From an uncultured Solirubrobacterales bacterium (GTDB lineage Bacteria > Actinomycetota > Thermoleophilia > Solirubrobacterales > 70-9), in contig CAWCJW010000005.1 of assembly GCA_963795765.1 (NCBI GenBank), forward strand, positions 18,984 to 82,983: DNA of 64,000 bases, written 5' to 3'. The notes beneath the pieces are model-generated. The model saw only the letters and a program-made list of their open reading frames with translations, had not been told where the DNA came from and searched no databases. Shown piece by piece: positions 44,941 through 54,102 of the stretch. The translations under genes were made by a program, and so were the position numbers. How positions within the stretch are numbered: the first letter of the stretch is position 1; each line of letters opens with the position of its first letter.

Positions 44941-46206
44941 CTAGACGACGGCGAGATCGTCGAAGCGGTGCAGCTCGGCGACCGGGACCTTGGCGCGAAC
45001 CAGAACCCCGTCCTCGCGCTCGGTCCGCTCGAGGTCGCCGGCGATCTCGTGCAGCTCGTGCAGGCGGCCGCCCTCGGCGTAGGGAATCAGCAGCTCGACC
45101 TCGGCCAGGGTGTCCTCGAAGGCCGACTCGATGCTCTCGCGCAGCGGATCGAGTCCAATGTCGGCCAGGGCCGAGACCAGGATCGCGCCCGGATGGCGCA
45201 GCAGCACCTCGGCCCGCTCGTCGTCGTCCAGCAGGTCCGCCTTGTTGAGCACGAGCAGGCGTGGCTTGGCGCCGGCGCCGATCTCCTCCAAGACCTCGTC
45301 GACGGCCTGCATGTCGACCACCCGGCGCTCCTCCGACGCCGCTGCGTCGACGACGTGGAGGATCAGGTCGGCCAACACGGTCTCCTCGAGCGTCGCCTTG
45401 AACGCCTCGACCAGTTGGTGGGGCAGCTTCTCGATGAAGCCGACGGTGTCGGTCAGCAGGTAATCGCGGCCGGAGAGCTCGAGGCTGCGCGTGGTCGGGT
45501 CGAGCGTGTGGAAGAGACGATCGCCAACCCCCACCTCGGCCCCGGTCAGGGCGTTGAGCAGGGTCGACTTGCCGGCGTTGGTGTAGCCGGCGAGGGCGAC
45601 CCGCGGCAAGGAGGAGCGCTCGCGTTGGGCGCGCATCACGCCGCGGTTGCCTTCGAGCCGGCCGAGTCGGCGACGCAGCGCGGCAATCCGGTCGCGGGCG
45701 AGGCGCCGGTCGGTCTCGATCTGGCTCTCGCCCGGCCCCCTGGTGCCGATGCCCCCGCCGAGCCGCTCGAGGTGGGTCCAGAGCCCGCGCATGCGGGCGA
45801 GGTTGTACTCCAGCTGGGCCAGCTCGACCTGCAGCTTGCCCTCGGCCGAGTGGGCGTGGTCGGCGAAGATGTCGAGGATGACCGCGGTGCGGTCAATCAC
45901 CGGCACGCCCAGGGCGGCCTCGAGATTGCGCTCCTGACGCGGCGCCAGCTCGTCGTCGCAGGCGACCACGTTAGCGTCGCAGGCCTCGATCTCGGCCTTC
46001 AGCTCGGTCAGCTTGCCGCGACCGACGTAGCGGTCGGGATCGGGCTTTTCGCGCTGTTGCACCGCCTCGCCGGCGGTGGCGACGCCCGCGGTGCGCAGCA
46101 GCTCCTTCAGCTCGGTCAGCGGATCGCCCTCCTCGCGCCCGCTGGTAATGCCAATCGCCAGTGCTCGCTGACGGGCACGCGGGTTCGAGACGCCAGCGCC
46201 ACCCAT
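44941..46206 (-). CDS. hflX: GTPase HflX
   Basis: ATG 46206 is internal to ORF 44941..46644. HflX N-domain (YVGRGKLTELK) and G-domain AGYTNAGKSTLLNALTG, DTVGF, NKAD. Confidence 0.9.
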   Translation of the reverse strand: MGGAGVSNPRARQRALAIGITSGREEGDPLTELKELLRTAGVATAGEAVQQREKPDPDRYVGRGKLTELKAEIEACDANVVACDDELAPRQERNLEAALGVPVIDRTAVILDIFADHAHSAEGKLQVELAQLEYNLARMRGLWTHLERLGGGIGTRGPGESQIETDRRLARDRIAALRRRLGRLEGNRGVMRAQRERSSLPRVALAGYTNAGKSTLLNALTGAEVGVGDRLFHTLDPTTRSLELSGRDYLLTDTVGFIEKLPHQLVEAFKATLEETVLADLILHVVDAAASEERRVVDMQAVDEVLEEIGAGAKPRLLVLNKADLLDDDERAEVLLRHPGAILVSALADIGLDPLRESIESAFEDTLAEVELLIPYAEGGRLHELHEIAGDLERTEREDGVLVRAKVPVAELHRFDDLAVV

Positions 46207-46318
46207 GCCGTTGCGCGTTTCCACCTGCCGCCCATTTCTCGACCGTTGCACCTTTCTTGATTGTAGGCGCCGGCCCCTCCCCCGCCCCTTGGCCCCGGTG
46301 CGACTAGGCTTAACCGCC

Positions 46319-47314
46319 GTGAAGGTCTTCGTAACGGGAGGAACGGGCTTCATCGGCGGCGAGGTCGTGCGCCAGTTGCGTGCCCGCGGCGACGAGGTGG
46401 TTTGCCTCGTTCGCACCCCCGGCAAAGCGAGCAAGCTGACCGAGCTCGGCTGTGAGCTCATCAGCGGCGATCTCGGCGATGCCGAGGCGCTGCGTGCCGG
46501 TATGGAGGGCTGCGACGGCCTGATCCACGCCGCCGCCATGTACGAGGTCGGGATCCCGACCAAGCAGCACCCGGCGATGTTCGAGGCCAACGTGCGCGGC
46601 AGCGAACGGGTGCTGGAGGCCGCATTGGCAGCCAAAGTCGGCAAGGTCGTCTACGTCTCCACCGTCGGCATCTTCGGCAACACCCACGGCAAAATCGTCG
46701 ACGAGAGCTACGAGCACCCGGGCAAGGAATTCACCTCCTACTACGAGGAGACCAAGCTCGAGGGCCACCGGATCGCCAAGCGGATGATGGCCGAGGACGG
46801 CCTCCCTGGAGTAATCGTCCAGCCCGGCGGTGTCTACGGACCGGGTGACGAATCGCAGGTTGCGGACCTGCTGAAGGAATTTTTCGCCGGCAGGCTCTTC
46901 TTGCTGCCTTTCCCGGAGCTCGGCATCTGCCTCTCGCACGTGGACGACATCGCCGCTGGCATCCTGCTCGGCCTCGACAAGGGCAAGGTCGGCGAGACCT
47001 ATGTGATCAGCGGGCCGGCAACGACTATGCGCGAGGCGATCGACACGATCGCGGCCGTCAGCGGCCGCAAGGCCCCGAAGCGGAATCTGCCAACGTCGCT
47101 GATGAAGGCACTGACCCCGATCGGCCCCCTGGTCGGCAAGATGATGGGCCAGCCGCCGAACCTGCGCGAGCTGATCTCCACCGCCGACGGCGTCACCTTC
47201 TGGGCCAGTTATGAGAAGGCCGGGCGCGAGCTGGGCTATGCGCCGCGCGGCATGGAGGAAGGCATGCGGCAGACGCTTGCAGGGGACGACCGATTTCCCG
47301 ATCCAGTTGCGTGA
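46319..47314 (+). CDS. NAD-dependent epimerase/dehydratase (extended SDR)
   Basis: GTG 46319 gives VKVFVTGGTGFIGGEVV. YYEETK (YxxxK) is present. Confidence 0.85.
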   Translation: MKVFVTGGTGFIGGEVVRQLRARGDEVVCLVRTPGKASKLTELGCELISGDLGDAEALRAGMEGCDGLIHAAAMYEVGIPTKQHPAMFEANVRGSERVLEAALAAKVGKVVYVSTVGIFGNTHGKIVDESYEHPGKEFTSYYEETKLEGHRIAKRMMAEDGLPGVIVQPGGVYGPGDESQVADLLKEFFAGRLFLLPFPELGICLSHVDDIAAGILLGLDKGKVGETYVISGPATTMREAIDTIAAVSGRKAPKRNLPTSLMKALTPIGPLVGKMMGQPPNLRELISTADGVTFWASYEKAGRELGYAPRGMEEGMRQTLAGDDRFPDPVA

Positions 47315-47380
47315 GGGTGTCGGGGGAGGGTCTCGCGGAGCAACAGCGGGGAGACTCCGCGAGACCCTCCCCCGACACCC
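47315..47380 (+). terminator. 26-bp perfect inverted repeat (hairpin) immediately after the epimerase stop
   Basis: gggtgtcgggggagggtctcgcggag (47315-47340) is the exact reverse complement of 47355-47380, with a 14-nt loop. There is no U tail. Confidence 0.55.
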
Positions 47381-47393
47381 ATAGGCGAACTCG

Positions 47394-48238
47394 ATGCGTG
47401 TAATCGATGTGATGCACTTGGGGCGGCCGCACGTGATCGGTTGCTGGGAGGTGGACGGAGCTCTTTTGACCCAGGTCCTCAGTCCTCGATGGAGACGTTG
47501 ATTGAGGCGATTGGCGATGAGCAGCCGCGAGCGCTGCTGCTGACACATATCCACCTCGATCACGCCGCGGCGACCGGTGCCCTGGTGCGCCGCTGGCCCG
47601 ACCTGGAGGTCTACGTTCACGAGCGTGGTGCCAGGCACCTGATCGACCCCTCGAAGCTGCTGGCCAGCGCCGAGCGCCTCTACGGCGACCAGATGGAATA
47701 CCTCTGGGGCGAGATCGTGCCGGTCCCCGAGGCCAACGTGAAGCCGCTCGCCGGTGGCGAGGACGTGCTGGGGATGCGCGTCGCCTACACGCCCGGTCAT
47801 GCCTCCCACCACGTTTGTTACTTCCACGAGGAGAGCGGCACCGCCTTCGTCGGCGACGTCGCCGCGGTCCGCATCCCGCCCTCGAACCTCGTTGTCCCTC
47901 CTACTCCGCCGCCCGACATCGACATCGAGTCCTGGCTCGAGTCGATCGCCCTGGTCGAGTCCTGGCGCCCCGAGCGGCTCGCCCTCACCCATTTCGGCCA
48001 GGTTGATGAGCCGATCGAGCACCTGGAGATCGTCCGCCGCCGTTTGCGCGAAGAGGCCGACCTCGCCCGCGAATTTTCCGAGGAGGATTACGAGCGCCAC
48101 CACCGCGCCCTGGTCGCCGAGAGCGTCGGCCCCGAGACCGCCGAGGAGCTGATCCAGGGCGTTCCACCCCAGTACCAGTGGCGCGGTCTCAATCGCTACT
48201 GGGAAAAGCGCGGCGAGCGCGAAGCGTCCCCTAGCTGA
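47394..48238 (+). pseudogene. MBL-fold metallo-hydrolase, N-terminus in a different frame (frameshift or sequence error)
   Basis: ATG 47394 encodes MRVIDVMHLGRPHVIGCWEVDGAL and then stops at 47499-47501. The listed ORF frame continues FDPGPQSSMETL...LLLTHIHLDHAAA (HxHxDH). The switch is at ctctttt (47461-47467). Confidence 0.7.
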
Positions 48239-49400
48239 GGTATTTGCGCATCCGCTCGACCGCCTCGGAGATGCGGTCGTCGGGCGTGGTCAGCGAGATG
48301 CGGAAGAAGCCCTCGCCGCTGGGCCCGTACATCGAGCCCGGTGAGACGACCACGGCGGCCTCTTCGAGCACGAGCTCGGCGAAGGAGGTCGAGGTGTGGC
48401 CCTCGGGCACGGGGGCCCAGACGTAGATCGTCCCCTTTGGCGCGTTGACCTCGACGCCGATCTCGCGCAGGGCGCTGACAACGAGATCGCGGCGACGAAG
48501 GTAGGTCTCGTTCATCCGTTGCAGCGGGCCGCTCGGGCCCTGCAGGGCGGCTACGCCGGCCATCTGCACCGCCTCGAACAGGCCCGAGTCGACGTTGGTC
48601 TTCAGTCGCCAGTAGGTCTGCACGGCCTCGGCGTTGCCGAGGATCGCGGCGCAGCGCCAGCCGGTCATGTTGAAGCCCTTGGAGAGCGAGAAGACCTCAA
48701 CCCCGACCTCCTTGGCGCCGGGCGTGGCAAGGAAGCTCGGGGCGACATAGCCGTCGTAGGTGGTCTCCGAGTAGGCGTTGTCATGGACGACGAGGATCTC
48801 GTGCTCGCGGGCGAAGGAGACGACCATCTCGAAGAAGCCCTCGGGGACGACGGCACCGGTCGGGTTATTGGGGAAGTTGATGAACATCAGCCGCGCCTTC
48901 GCCGCGACCTCGGCCGGGATCGCACTGAGGTCGGGGGCGAAGCCCAGCTCGGGCACCAGCGGCAGCAGCTCGGCGTTCGCTCCGGCGAGGATCGGGCCAC
49001 CGGTGTAGACCGGGTAGCCGGGATCGGAGGCAAGCGCCACGTCGCCCGGATCGAGGAAGGCGAAGCAGAGGTTGTAGATGCACTCCTTGGCGCCGATCGC
49101 CGGGATCACCTCGCTTTCGGGATCGATCTCGACCCCGAAGCGCCGGTCGTAGAACTCGGCGAAGGCCTCGCGAAACTCGCCGCGGCCGCGGTTGCTCGGG
49201 TACTGCTGGTTGCCGGGCTCGGCCACCGCCGCCTGCATCGCCGAGACGATGTGGGGGTAGGTCGGTTCGTCGGGATCGCCGATGCCAAGGCTGATCACGT
49301 CGATGCCGGCAGCGCGCTTGTCGGCGATCGTCCGCTCCAGCTCCTGGAACTTGTAGGGAGGCATCGCCTCCAGCCGCTTGGACGGGTCCGAGATCGCCAT
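48231..49400 (-). CDS. Class I PLP aminotransferase, LL-diaminopimelate aminotransferase-like
   Basis: ISLGIGDPDEP, NPTGAV and the PLP-Lys context FSLSKGFNMTGWR. It is adjacent to the dapF homologue. Confidence 0.75.
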   Translation of the reverse strand: MAISDPSKRLEAMPPYKFQELERTIADKRAAGIDVISLGIGDPDEPTYPHIVSAMQAAVAEPGNQQYPSNRGRGEFREAFAEFYDRRFGVEIDPESEVIPAIGAKECIYNLCFAFLDPGDVALASDPGYPVYTGGPILAGANAELLPLVPELGFAPDLSAIPAEVAAKARLMFINFPNNPTGAVVPEGFFEMVVSFAREHEILVVHDNAYSETTYDGYVAPSFLATPGAKEVGVEVFSLSKGFNMTGWRCAAILGNAEAVQTYWRLKTNVDSGLFEAVQMAGVAALQGPSGPLQRMNETYLRRRDLVVSALREIGVEVNAPKGTIYVWAPVPEGHTSTSFAELVLEEAAVVVSPGSMYGPSGEGFFRISLTTPDDRISEAVERMRKYLS

Positions 49401-49412
49401 GGGCGCGGAAAT

Positions 49413-50258
49413 CTAGCCGTCCAGCTCGGCGAGTGCCGCCAGCAGGTCGGTCGAGAGCTCGCCGGCGCAGATCGGCTCGGCCCAGCCGCTGAGGGTGACG
49501 TCGAGCTGGTCGGAGATCTCGACCTCGAGCTCGCCCCCGTCGAGCTCGACCGTGATCGGACTGGGAACGCCGCGCAGGAAAGCGGTCACCGCCGCGCCAC
49601 TGGCGCCAGTGCCCGAGGAGAGCGTCTCCCCTACCCCACGCTCGAAGATCCGCGCCCGCACCCGCTCGCCGTCGATGCGCAGGAAGGAGACATTGGTGCG
49701 ATTGGGGAAGAACGGGTGCGCTTCGATCCCGGGGCCGATCGCCCCCAGGTCGAGCTCGTCCAACAGCTCGCCGACCTCGATCGCGCACTGGGGATTGCCG
49801 ATCGAGACGTGCTGGAACTCCCAGCTCCGCCCGTCCACGCTCAGTGTGCCGGCGCCATCGGGCTGGCCGTCGGGGAAGTCCTTGGAGGCAGTGCTTGCCT
49901 TTCCCATCGCCACCGAGCAGCTGCGTTCCGAGGCGATCGTCGGCGTCACCGGCCCCGCCGCGGTGAGGATCGAGAAAGTGTCCTCCCCCGTCCAGCCGTG
50001 CCTCCGCAGGTAAAGAATCGCCTCGCGTGCACCGTTGCCGGAGAGCTCGGCCTCCGAGCCGTCGGGGTTGAAGATCCGCAGCTTGGCGACGTAGGCGGGA
50101 TCGTCGCTGCGCGCGAGTAGCAAGACTCCGTCCGAGCCAACGCCGAAATGCGGATCGCAGATCCGCTGCACCCGGCCCGGTGTCAGCTCCCAGGGAAGCT
50201 CGTCGACCTCGACGATCAGGTAGTCGTTGCCCAGCGCCTGCCACTTCTCGAATTTCAC
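49413..50258 (-). CDS. dapF: Diaminopimelate epimerase homologue lacking both catalytic cysteines (Ser73/Ser215)
   Basis: Full-length DapF-like protein (WQALGNDYLIV, FNPDGSEAELSGNGAR, SIGNPQCAIEV, ERGVGETLSSGTGAS). The two positions that are Cys in canonical DapF are Ser here. Confidence 0.8.
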   Translation of the reverse strand: MKFEKWQALGNDYLIVEVDELPWELTPGRVQRICDPHFGVGSDGVLLLARSDDPAYVAKLRIFNPDGSEAELSGNGAREAILYLRRHGWTGEDTFSILTAAGPVTPTIASERSCSVAMGKASTASKDFPDGQPDGAGTLSVDGRSWEFQHVSIGNPQCAIEVGELLDELDLGAIGPGIEAHPFFPNRTNVSFLRIDGERVRARIFERGVGETLSSGTGASGAAVTAFLRGVPSPITVELDGGELEVEISDQLDVTLSGWAEPICAGELSTDLLAALAELDG

Positions 50259-50267
50259 AGTGGCAGC

Positions 50268-51000
50268 CTATTTGTCTAACGCGTCGGCGATCTGGGCCGC
50301 CACGACGTCGTCAGGGCGATCTTCGCGCTCGATCCAGCGCAGGTTGGGCACCTTGCGCATCCAGGTCAGCTGGCGGCGAGCGTAGTTGCGCGAGCGCTGC
50401 TGCATCCTCTCCAGGTCGCCGCTCAGCACCTCGTCGAAGCCGAGCGCCTTGCGCGCGGTTCGCGACGGCCCCGCCTCCTCCGCCCGCTCGACCTCGGCAC
50501 GCGCGCCGGCGGCGACGATCGCCTCCGTCCGCGCGTCGATCCGCTCGTACAGCGTCTGCCGCTCCATGCTCGAGCCCGAAGATCGCGGTCGGATGCCGCG
50601 TCTCCGGCGACCACAGCTCCGAGTCCTCCGATTCCGGTGTCGCCTTGACCAGTGAGAGCTCGCCCAGTGCCGCTCGCAGGTAGAGCCCGGTCCCCCCGAC
50701 CACGATCGGCCGCCGCCCCGCCTCCAGCGCCGCATCGATCTCGGCGTGGGCGAGCGGCATGTAGTCGCCGACCGAGAACGGCCGCGTGACCGGAACGAAG
50801 CCGACCAACCGGTGCTCCAGGCGAGCCTGCTCCTCGGCCGAGGCGACGCCGGTGAGCACCGAGAGTCCTGCGTAGACCTGGAGCGCGTCGCAGGAGATCG
50901 CGACGGGGTCCTCCCCCCGCTCCCGCAGCAGCTCGGCAAGCTCGATCGCCACCCCGGTCTTACCAACCCCGGTTGGCCCGAAGATCGCGATGACGTGCAC
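50268..51000 (-). pseudogene. miaA: tRNA dimethylallyltransferase, frame broken (pseudogene or sequence error)
   Basis: GTG 51000 gives VHVIAIFGPTGVGKT...RHPTAIFGLE in one frame. The remainder, MERQTLYERIDARTEAIVAAGA...RQLTWMRK, is in another frame. The switch is near 50566-50572 (ctcgagCatggag on the coding strand). Confidence 0.8.
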
Positions 51001-51001
51001 G

Positions 51002-52331
51002 TCAGAGCGCGCGGCTGAGCAATCTCTCGGTCCCGGTAAGGGTCTGAGAGGTTGCGGCGGTGATCTCGACCTCGACCAGCTCGCCCGGCGTGGCGGTGCC
51101 CTCGAAGTTGACCGCCTTGTTGTGCCTGCTGCGGCCCCGCAGCCGCGTCTCGTCGGTGCGGCTGGTCCCTTCGACCATCACCTCGATGTCCCGCCCAACG
51201 AATCGCTCGAGCTCGCTCGCTCGCTCGCCGCTGGACCAGCTCGACCAGCCGCTCCATCCGCTCGACCTTGACCGGGTGCGGGATCTGGTCGCCGAACTCT
51301 GCCGCCTCGGTTTCGCGCCGCGGCGAGAAGACGAAGGTGAAGGCGCTGTCGTAGCCGACCTCGTCGACCACTTCCAGCGTCTGCTCGAAATCGGCCTCGG
51401 TCTCCCCCGGGAAGCCGACGATGATGTCGGTGGTGATCGCGCAGTCGGGCACGTGCTCGCGGATCAGCGAGACGCGATCCATGTAGCGCTGGCGGTCGTA
51501 GGTGCGGCGCATGCGCTTGAGAATTGCGCTGGAGCCCGATTGCAGCGGCAGGTGGATGTGCTCGCAGACCGCGGCAAGGTCGGCGTGGGCGCGGATCACG
51601 TCCTCCTTCATGTCCTTCGGGTGCGGGCTGGTGTAGCGGATGCGCTCGATGCCGTCGATGCCGTCGACCAACCCGAGCAGCTCGGCGAATCCGATGCGGC
51701 TCTGCTTCGGCAGGTCGCGCCCGTAGCTGTTGACGTTCTGCCCGAGCAGGGTCACCTCGCGCACACCGTCAGCCGCCAGCGCCTGCGCCTCGGCTAGGAG
51801 CTCAGCTGGGTCGCGGCTCACCTCGCGCCCCCTGGTCGAAGGCACGATGCAGTAGGCGCATTTGCAATTGCACCCCTGGGAGACCTGCAGCCAGCCCTGG
51901 AACTCGCGCACGCGGCGGGTCGGCAGGTGGCCGGAGAAGTCCTCGAACTCGAAGTAACCCTGGGCGCTGAGCGAGTCGGAGTTGAGGAACTCGGCCAGCT
52001 TGTGGATCTGGCCGGGGCCGAAGGCGACGTCGACGAAGGGAAAACGCTGGAAGACCTCGTCCTTGACCGACTGCGCCCAACAACCGCCCACCCCCACAAC
52101 CCGATCGGGGTGCTCCTTCTTCAGTCGCTTCGCCTCGCCGAGGCGGGCGATGAAGCGGTTGTCCGCCGACTCGCGAATCGAGCAGGTGTTGAAGAGGATC
52201 AAATCGGCGCCGTCGGGGGTCTCCGCCTCCTCATAGCCGAGCGACTCGAGCATGCCCTGCATGCGCTCGGAGTCGTGCACATTCATCTGACAGCCGAACG
52301 TGGTGACGTGGTACCGCTTACCGCTCCTCAT
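51002..52331 (-). pseudogene. miaB: tRNA-2-methylthio-N6-dimethylallyladenosine synthase, frame broken at a (GAGC)4 repeat
   Basis: The N-terminal 370 aa or so are intact (TFGCQMN, NTCSIRE, radical-SAM CNCKCAYC). After ...VELVQRRASE the frame shifts. The C-terminus ELERFVGRDIEVMVEG...TAATSQTLTGTERLLSRAL stops at 51004-51002 in another frame. (gctc)4 lies at 51211-51226, and three units would restore the frame. Confidence 0.8.
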
Positions 52332-52365
52332 GCGCCCGAGGTTAGCGCCCGCACGGTCCAGCTCG

Positions 52366-52956
52366 CTACTTGACTACGAGCGTTCCTTCCATGCCCGCTT
52401 CGGCGTGACCCGGGATGGTGCAGAGAAACGTGTAGGTGCCGGGCGCGAGATCGGCGCTGACCGAGGTTTTGCCTTCGGCGAGCGTTTCCGAGACGGCGAT
52501 TTCTTTGCCGTTCTGATCGATCGCCACGTTGTGTTCCAGCGCCGCCGGGTTGTCGAAGTCGATCGTCACTTTGCCCGGCTTGCTGGTCAGGCTGGTCTTG
52601 TCGAAGGCGAGGTCGGTCGGCGAGGCGGCCAGTTGCAGGGTGCCTCCCGGTCCTTTGGCTGCGGCTTCAGGCTTTGGCGCCGCTTCTTTCTTGCCTTCGT
52701 CTTCGACCGGCGAGGCCTCCTCTTTTTCGGCCTCTTGATCCGCCTTGGAGAGCTCCGAGGCTTTGGCCGCGTCCTCGTCCTGGGCGTGAAGCACCGCAAA
52801 GGTGGTCGTGGCACCGATCAAGGCGACGAAGGCGAGCACGACGAACGGCCCGGCTTTGCCGGGGAAGCTCTTGACCCGTAGGCCAATCATGCTGACCACC
52901 ACCGCGGAGACCGCGAGGGCGATCCCGCAGACGAAAAACAGAGTTTCGTTACTCAT
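52366..52956 (-). CDS. Membrane-anchored type-1 copper (cupredoxin, plastocyanin/amicyanin-like) protein
   Basis: Two N-terminal TM helices and an acidic/Pro linker. Cupredoxin ligand pattern H (LEHNV), C-x2-PGH (FLCTIPGH) and M (AGMEG). Confidence 0.75.
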   Translation of the reverse strand: MSNETLFFVCGIALAVSAVVVSMIGLRVKSFPGKAGPFVVLAFVALIGATTTFAVLHAQDEDAAKASELSKADQEAEKEEASPVEDEGKKEAAPKPEAAAKGPGGTLQLAASPTDLAFDKTSLTSKPGKVTIDFDNPAALEHNVAIDQNGKEIAVSETLAEGKTSVSADLAPGTYTFLCTIPGHAEAGMEGTLVVK

Positions 52957-52991
52957 GCGGCGAGAATCCTATCCACGCAGCGCAGGCGCCG

Positions 52992-54089
52992 TCAGGCAGC
53001 CTGCGCCTCTGTGATCGGCGGCGCTTCTGCCTCGGCTTCAGCCGCCGGAGCAACCTCGTCTCCAATCCCGAGCGCCGTGCGGATCTTGGCCTCGATCTCG
53101 CTGGCGACCTCGGGGTTCTCGGCGAGGTACTGCTTGGCGTTGTTGCGACCCTGGCCCAGGCGCGTCTCGCCGTAGGAGAAGAAGGCCCCCGACTTGCGAA
53201 CGATGTCGTGCTCGATGCCGAAGTCCAGCAACTCGCCTTCGCGCGAGATCCCCTGGCCGTACTCGATCTCGAACTCGGCCTGGCGGAAGGGAGCGGCGCA
53301 CTTGTTCTTGACGACTTTGACCCGGACCCGGTTGCCAACGGCCTCAGTGCCGTCCTTGAGGGTCTCGATGCGGCGGATGTCGAGCCGCTGCGAGGCGTAG
53401 AACTTCAGCGCCCGGCCGCCCGGCTGGGTCTCCGGCGAGCCGAACTGAACCCCGACCTTTTCGCGGATCTGGTTGGTGAAGACGCAGACCGTGTTGGTTC
53501 GGTTGAGGTTGCCGGCCAGCTTGCGCATCGCCTGCGACATCAGCCGCGCCTGCAGGCCGACGGTCGTGTCGCCGATCTGGCCGTCCAGCTCGGCCTTTGG
53601 CGTCAGCGCCGCGACCGAGTCGATCGCGACGACGTCGACGGCGGCGGAGGCAATCAGGCGGTCGGCTATCTGCAGCGCCTGCTCGCCGTAGTCGGGCTGG
53701 GAGACCAGCAGCTCGTCGGTGTCGACGCCAATTGCCCGCGCGTAGATCGGATCCATCGCGTGCTCGGTGTCGATGAAGACGCAGACCCCACCCTTGGCTT
53801 GAGCCTCGGCGATGATGTGGTAGATCAGCGTCGTCTTACCGGAGGACTCCGGGCCAAAGATCTCAACGATCCTGCCCCGGGGCACGCCGCCAATCCCAAG
53901 CGCCAGGTCAAGCGCAACGGCGCCGGTCGGAATCGCTTCGACGGGGAGCTTGCTGTCGGCGCCGAGCCTCATCAGGGAGCCCGCCCCGAAATCACGCTCG
54001 ATCTGGGTCACCGCCGCCTCGAGGGCAGCGTCCTTTGCCTTGGCTTCCTTCGCCGAGACATCGTTCAAAGGCGTCTTCTTATCTGCCAT
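52992..54089 (-). CDS. recA: Recombinase A
   Basis: ATG 54089 is internal to ORF 52992..54131. [13 protein letters not shown] Walker A, FIDTEHA and NQIREKVG motifs. Confidence 0.95.
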   Translation of the reverse strand: MADKKTPLNDVSAKEAKAKDAALEAAVTQIERDFGAGSLMRLGADSKLPVEAIPTGAVALDLALGIGGVPRGRIVEIFGPESSGKTTLIYHIIAEAQAKGGVCVFIDTEHAMDPIYARAIGVDTDELLVSQPDYGEQALQIADRLIASAAVDVVAIDSVAALTPKAELDGQIGDTTVGLQARLMSQAMRKLAGNLNRTNTVCVFTNQIREKVGVQFGSPETQPGGRALKFYASQRLDIRRIETLKDGTEAVGNRVRVKVVKNKCAAPFRQAEFEIEYGQGISREGELLDFGIEHDIVRKSGAFFSYGETRLGQGRNNAKQYLAENPEVASEIEAKIRTALGIGDEVAPAAEAEAEAPPITEAQAA

Positions 54090-54102
54090 CTCTTCTTTCA
54101 CC

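Noticed and set aside
44968-50244. Long ORFs 44968..46260 (+), 46310..48103 (-), 48396..50120 (+) and 48865..50244 (-)
   Set aside because: Each is antisense or out of frame to a well-supported gene (hflX, epimerase/MBL hydrolase, aminotransferase, dapF). Their products are low-complexity and Arg/Gly/Asp-rich.
50268-52331. Single 687-aa ORF that looks like a MiaB-MiaA fusion protein
   Set aside because: The middle 300 aa are out-of-frame read-through (Arg/Ser/Gly-rich). The correct MiaB C-terminus and MiaA N-terminus are found in the other two frames. The ORF arises from two frame breaks plus the scarcity of stops.
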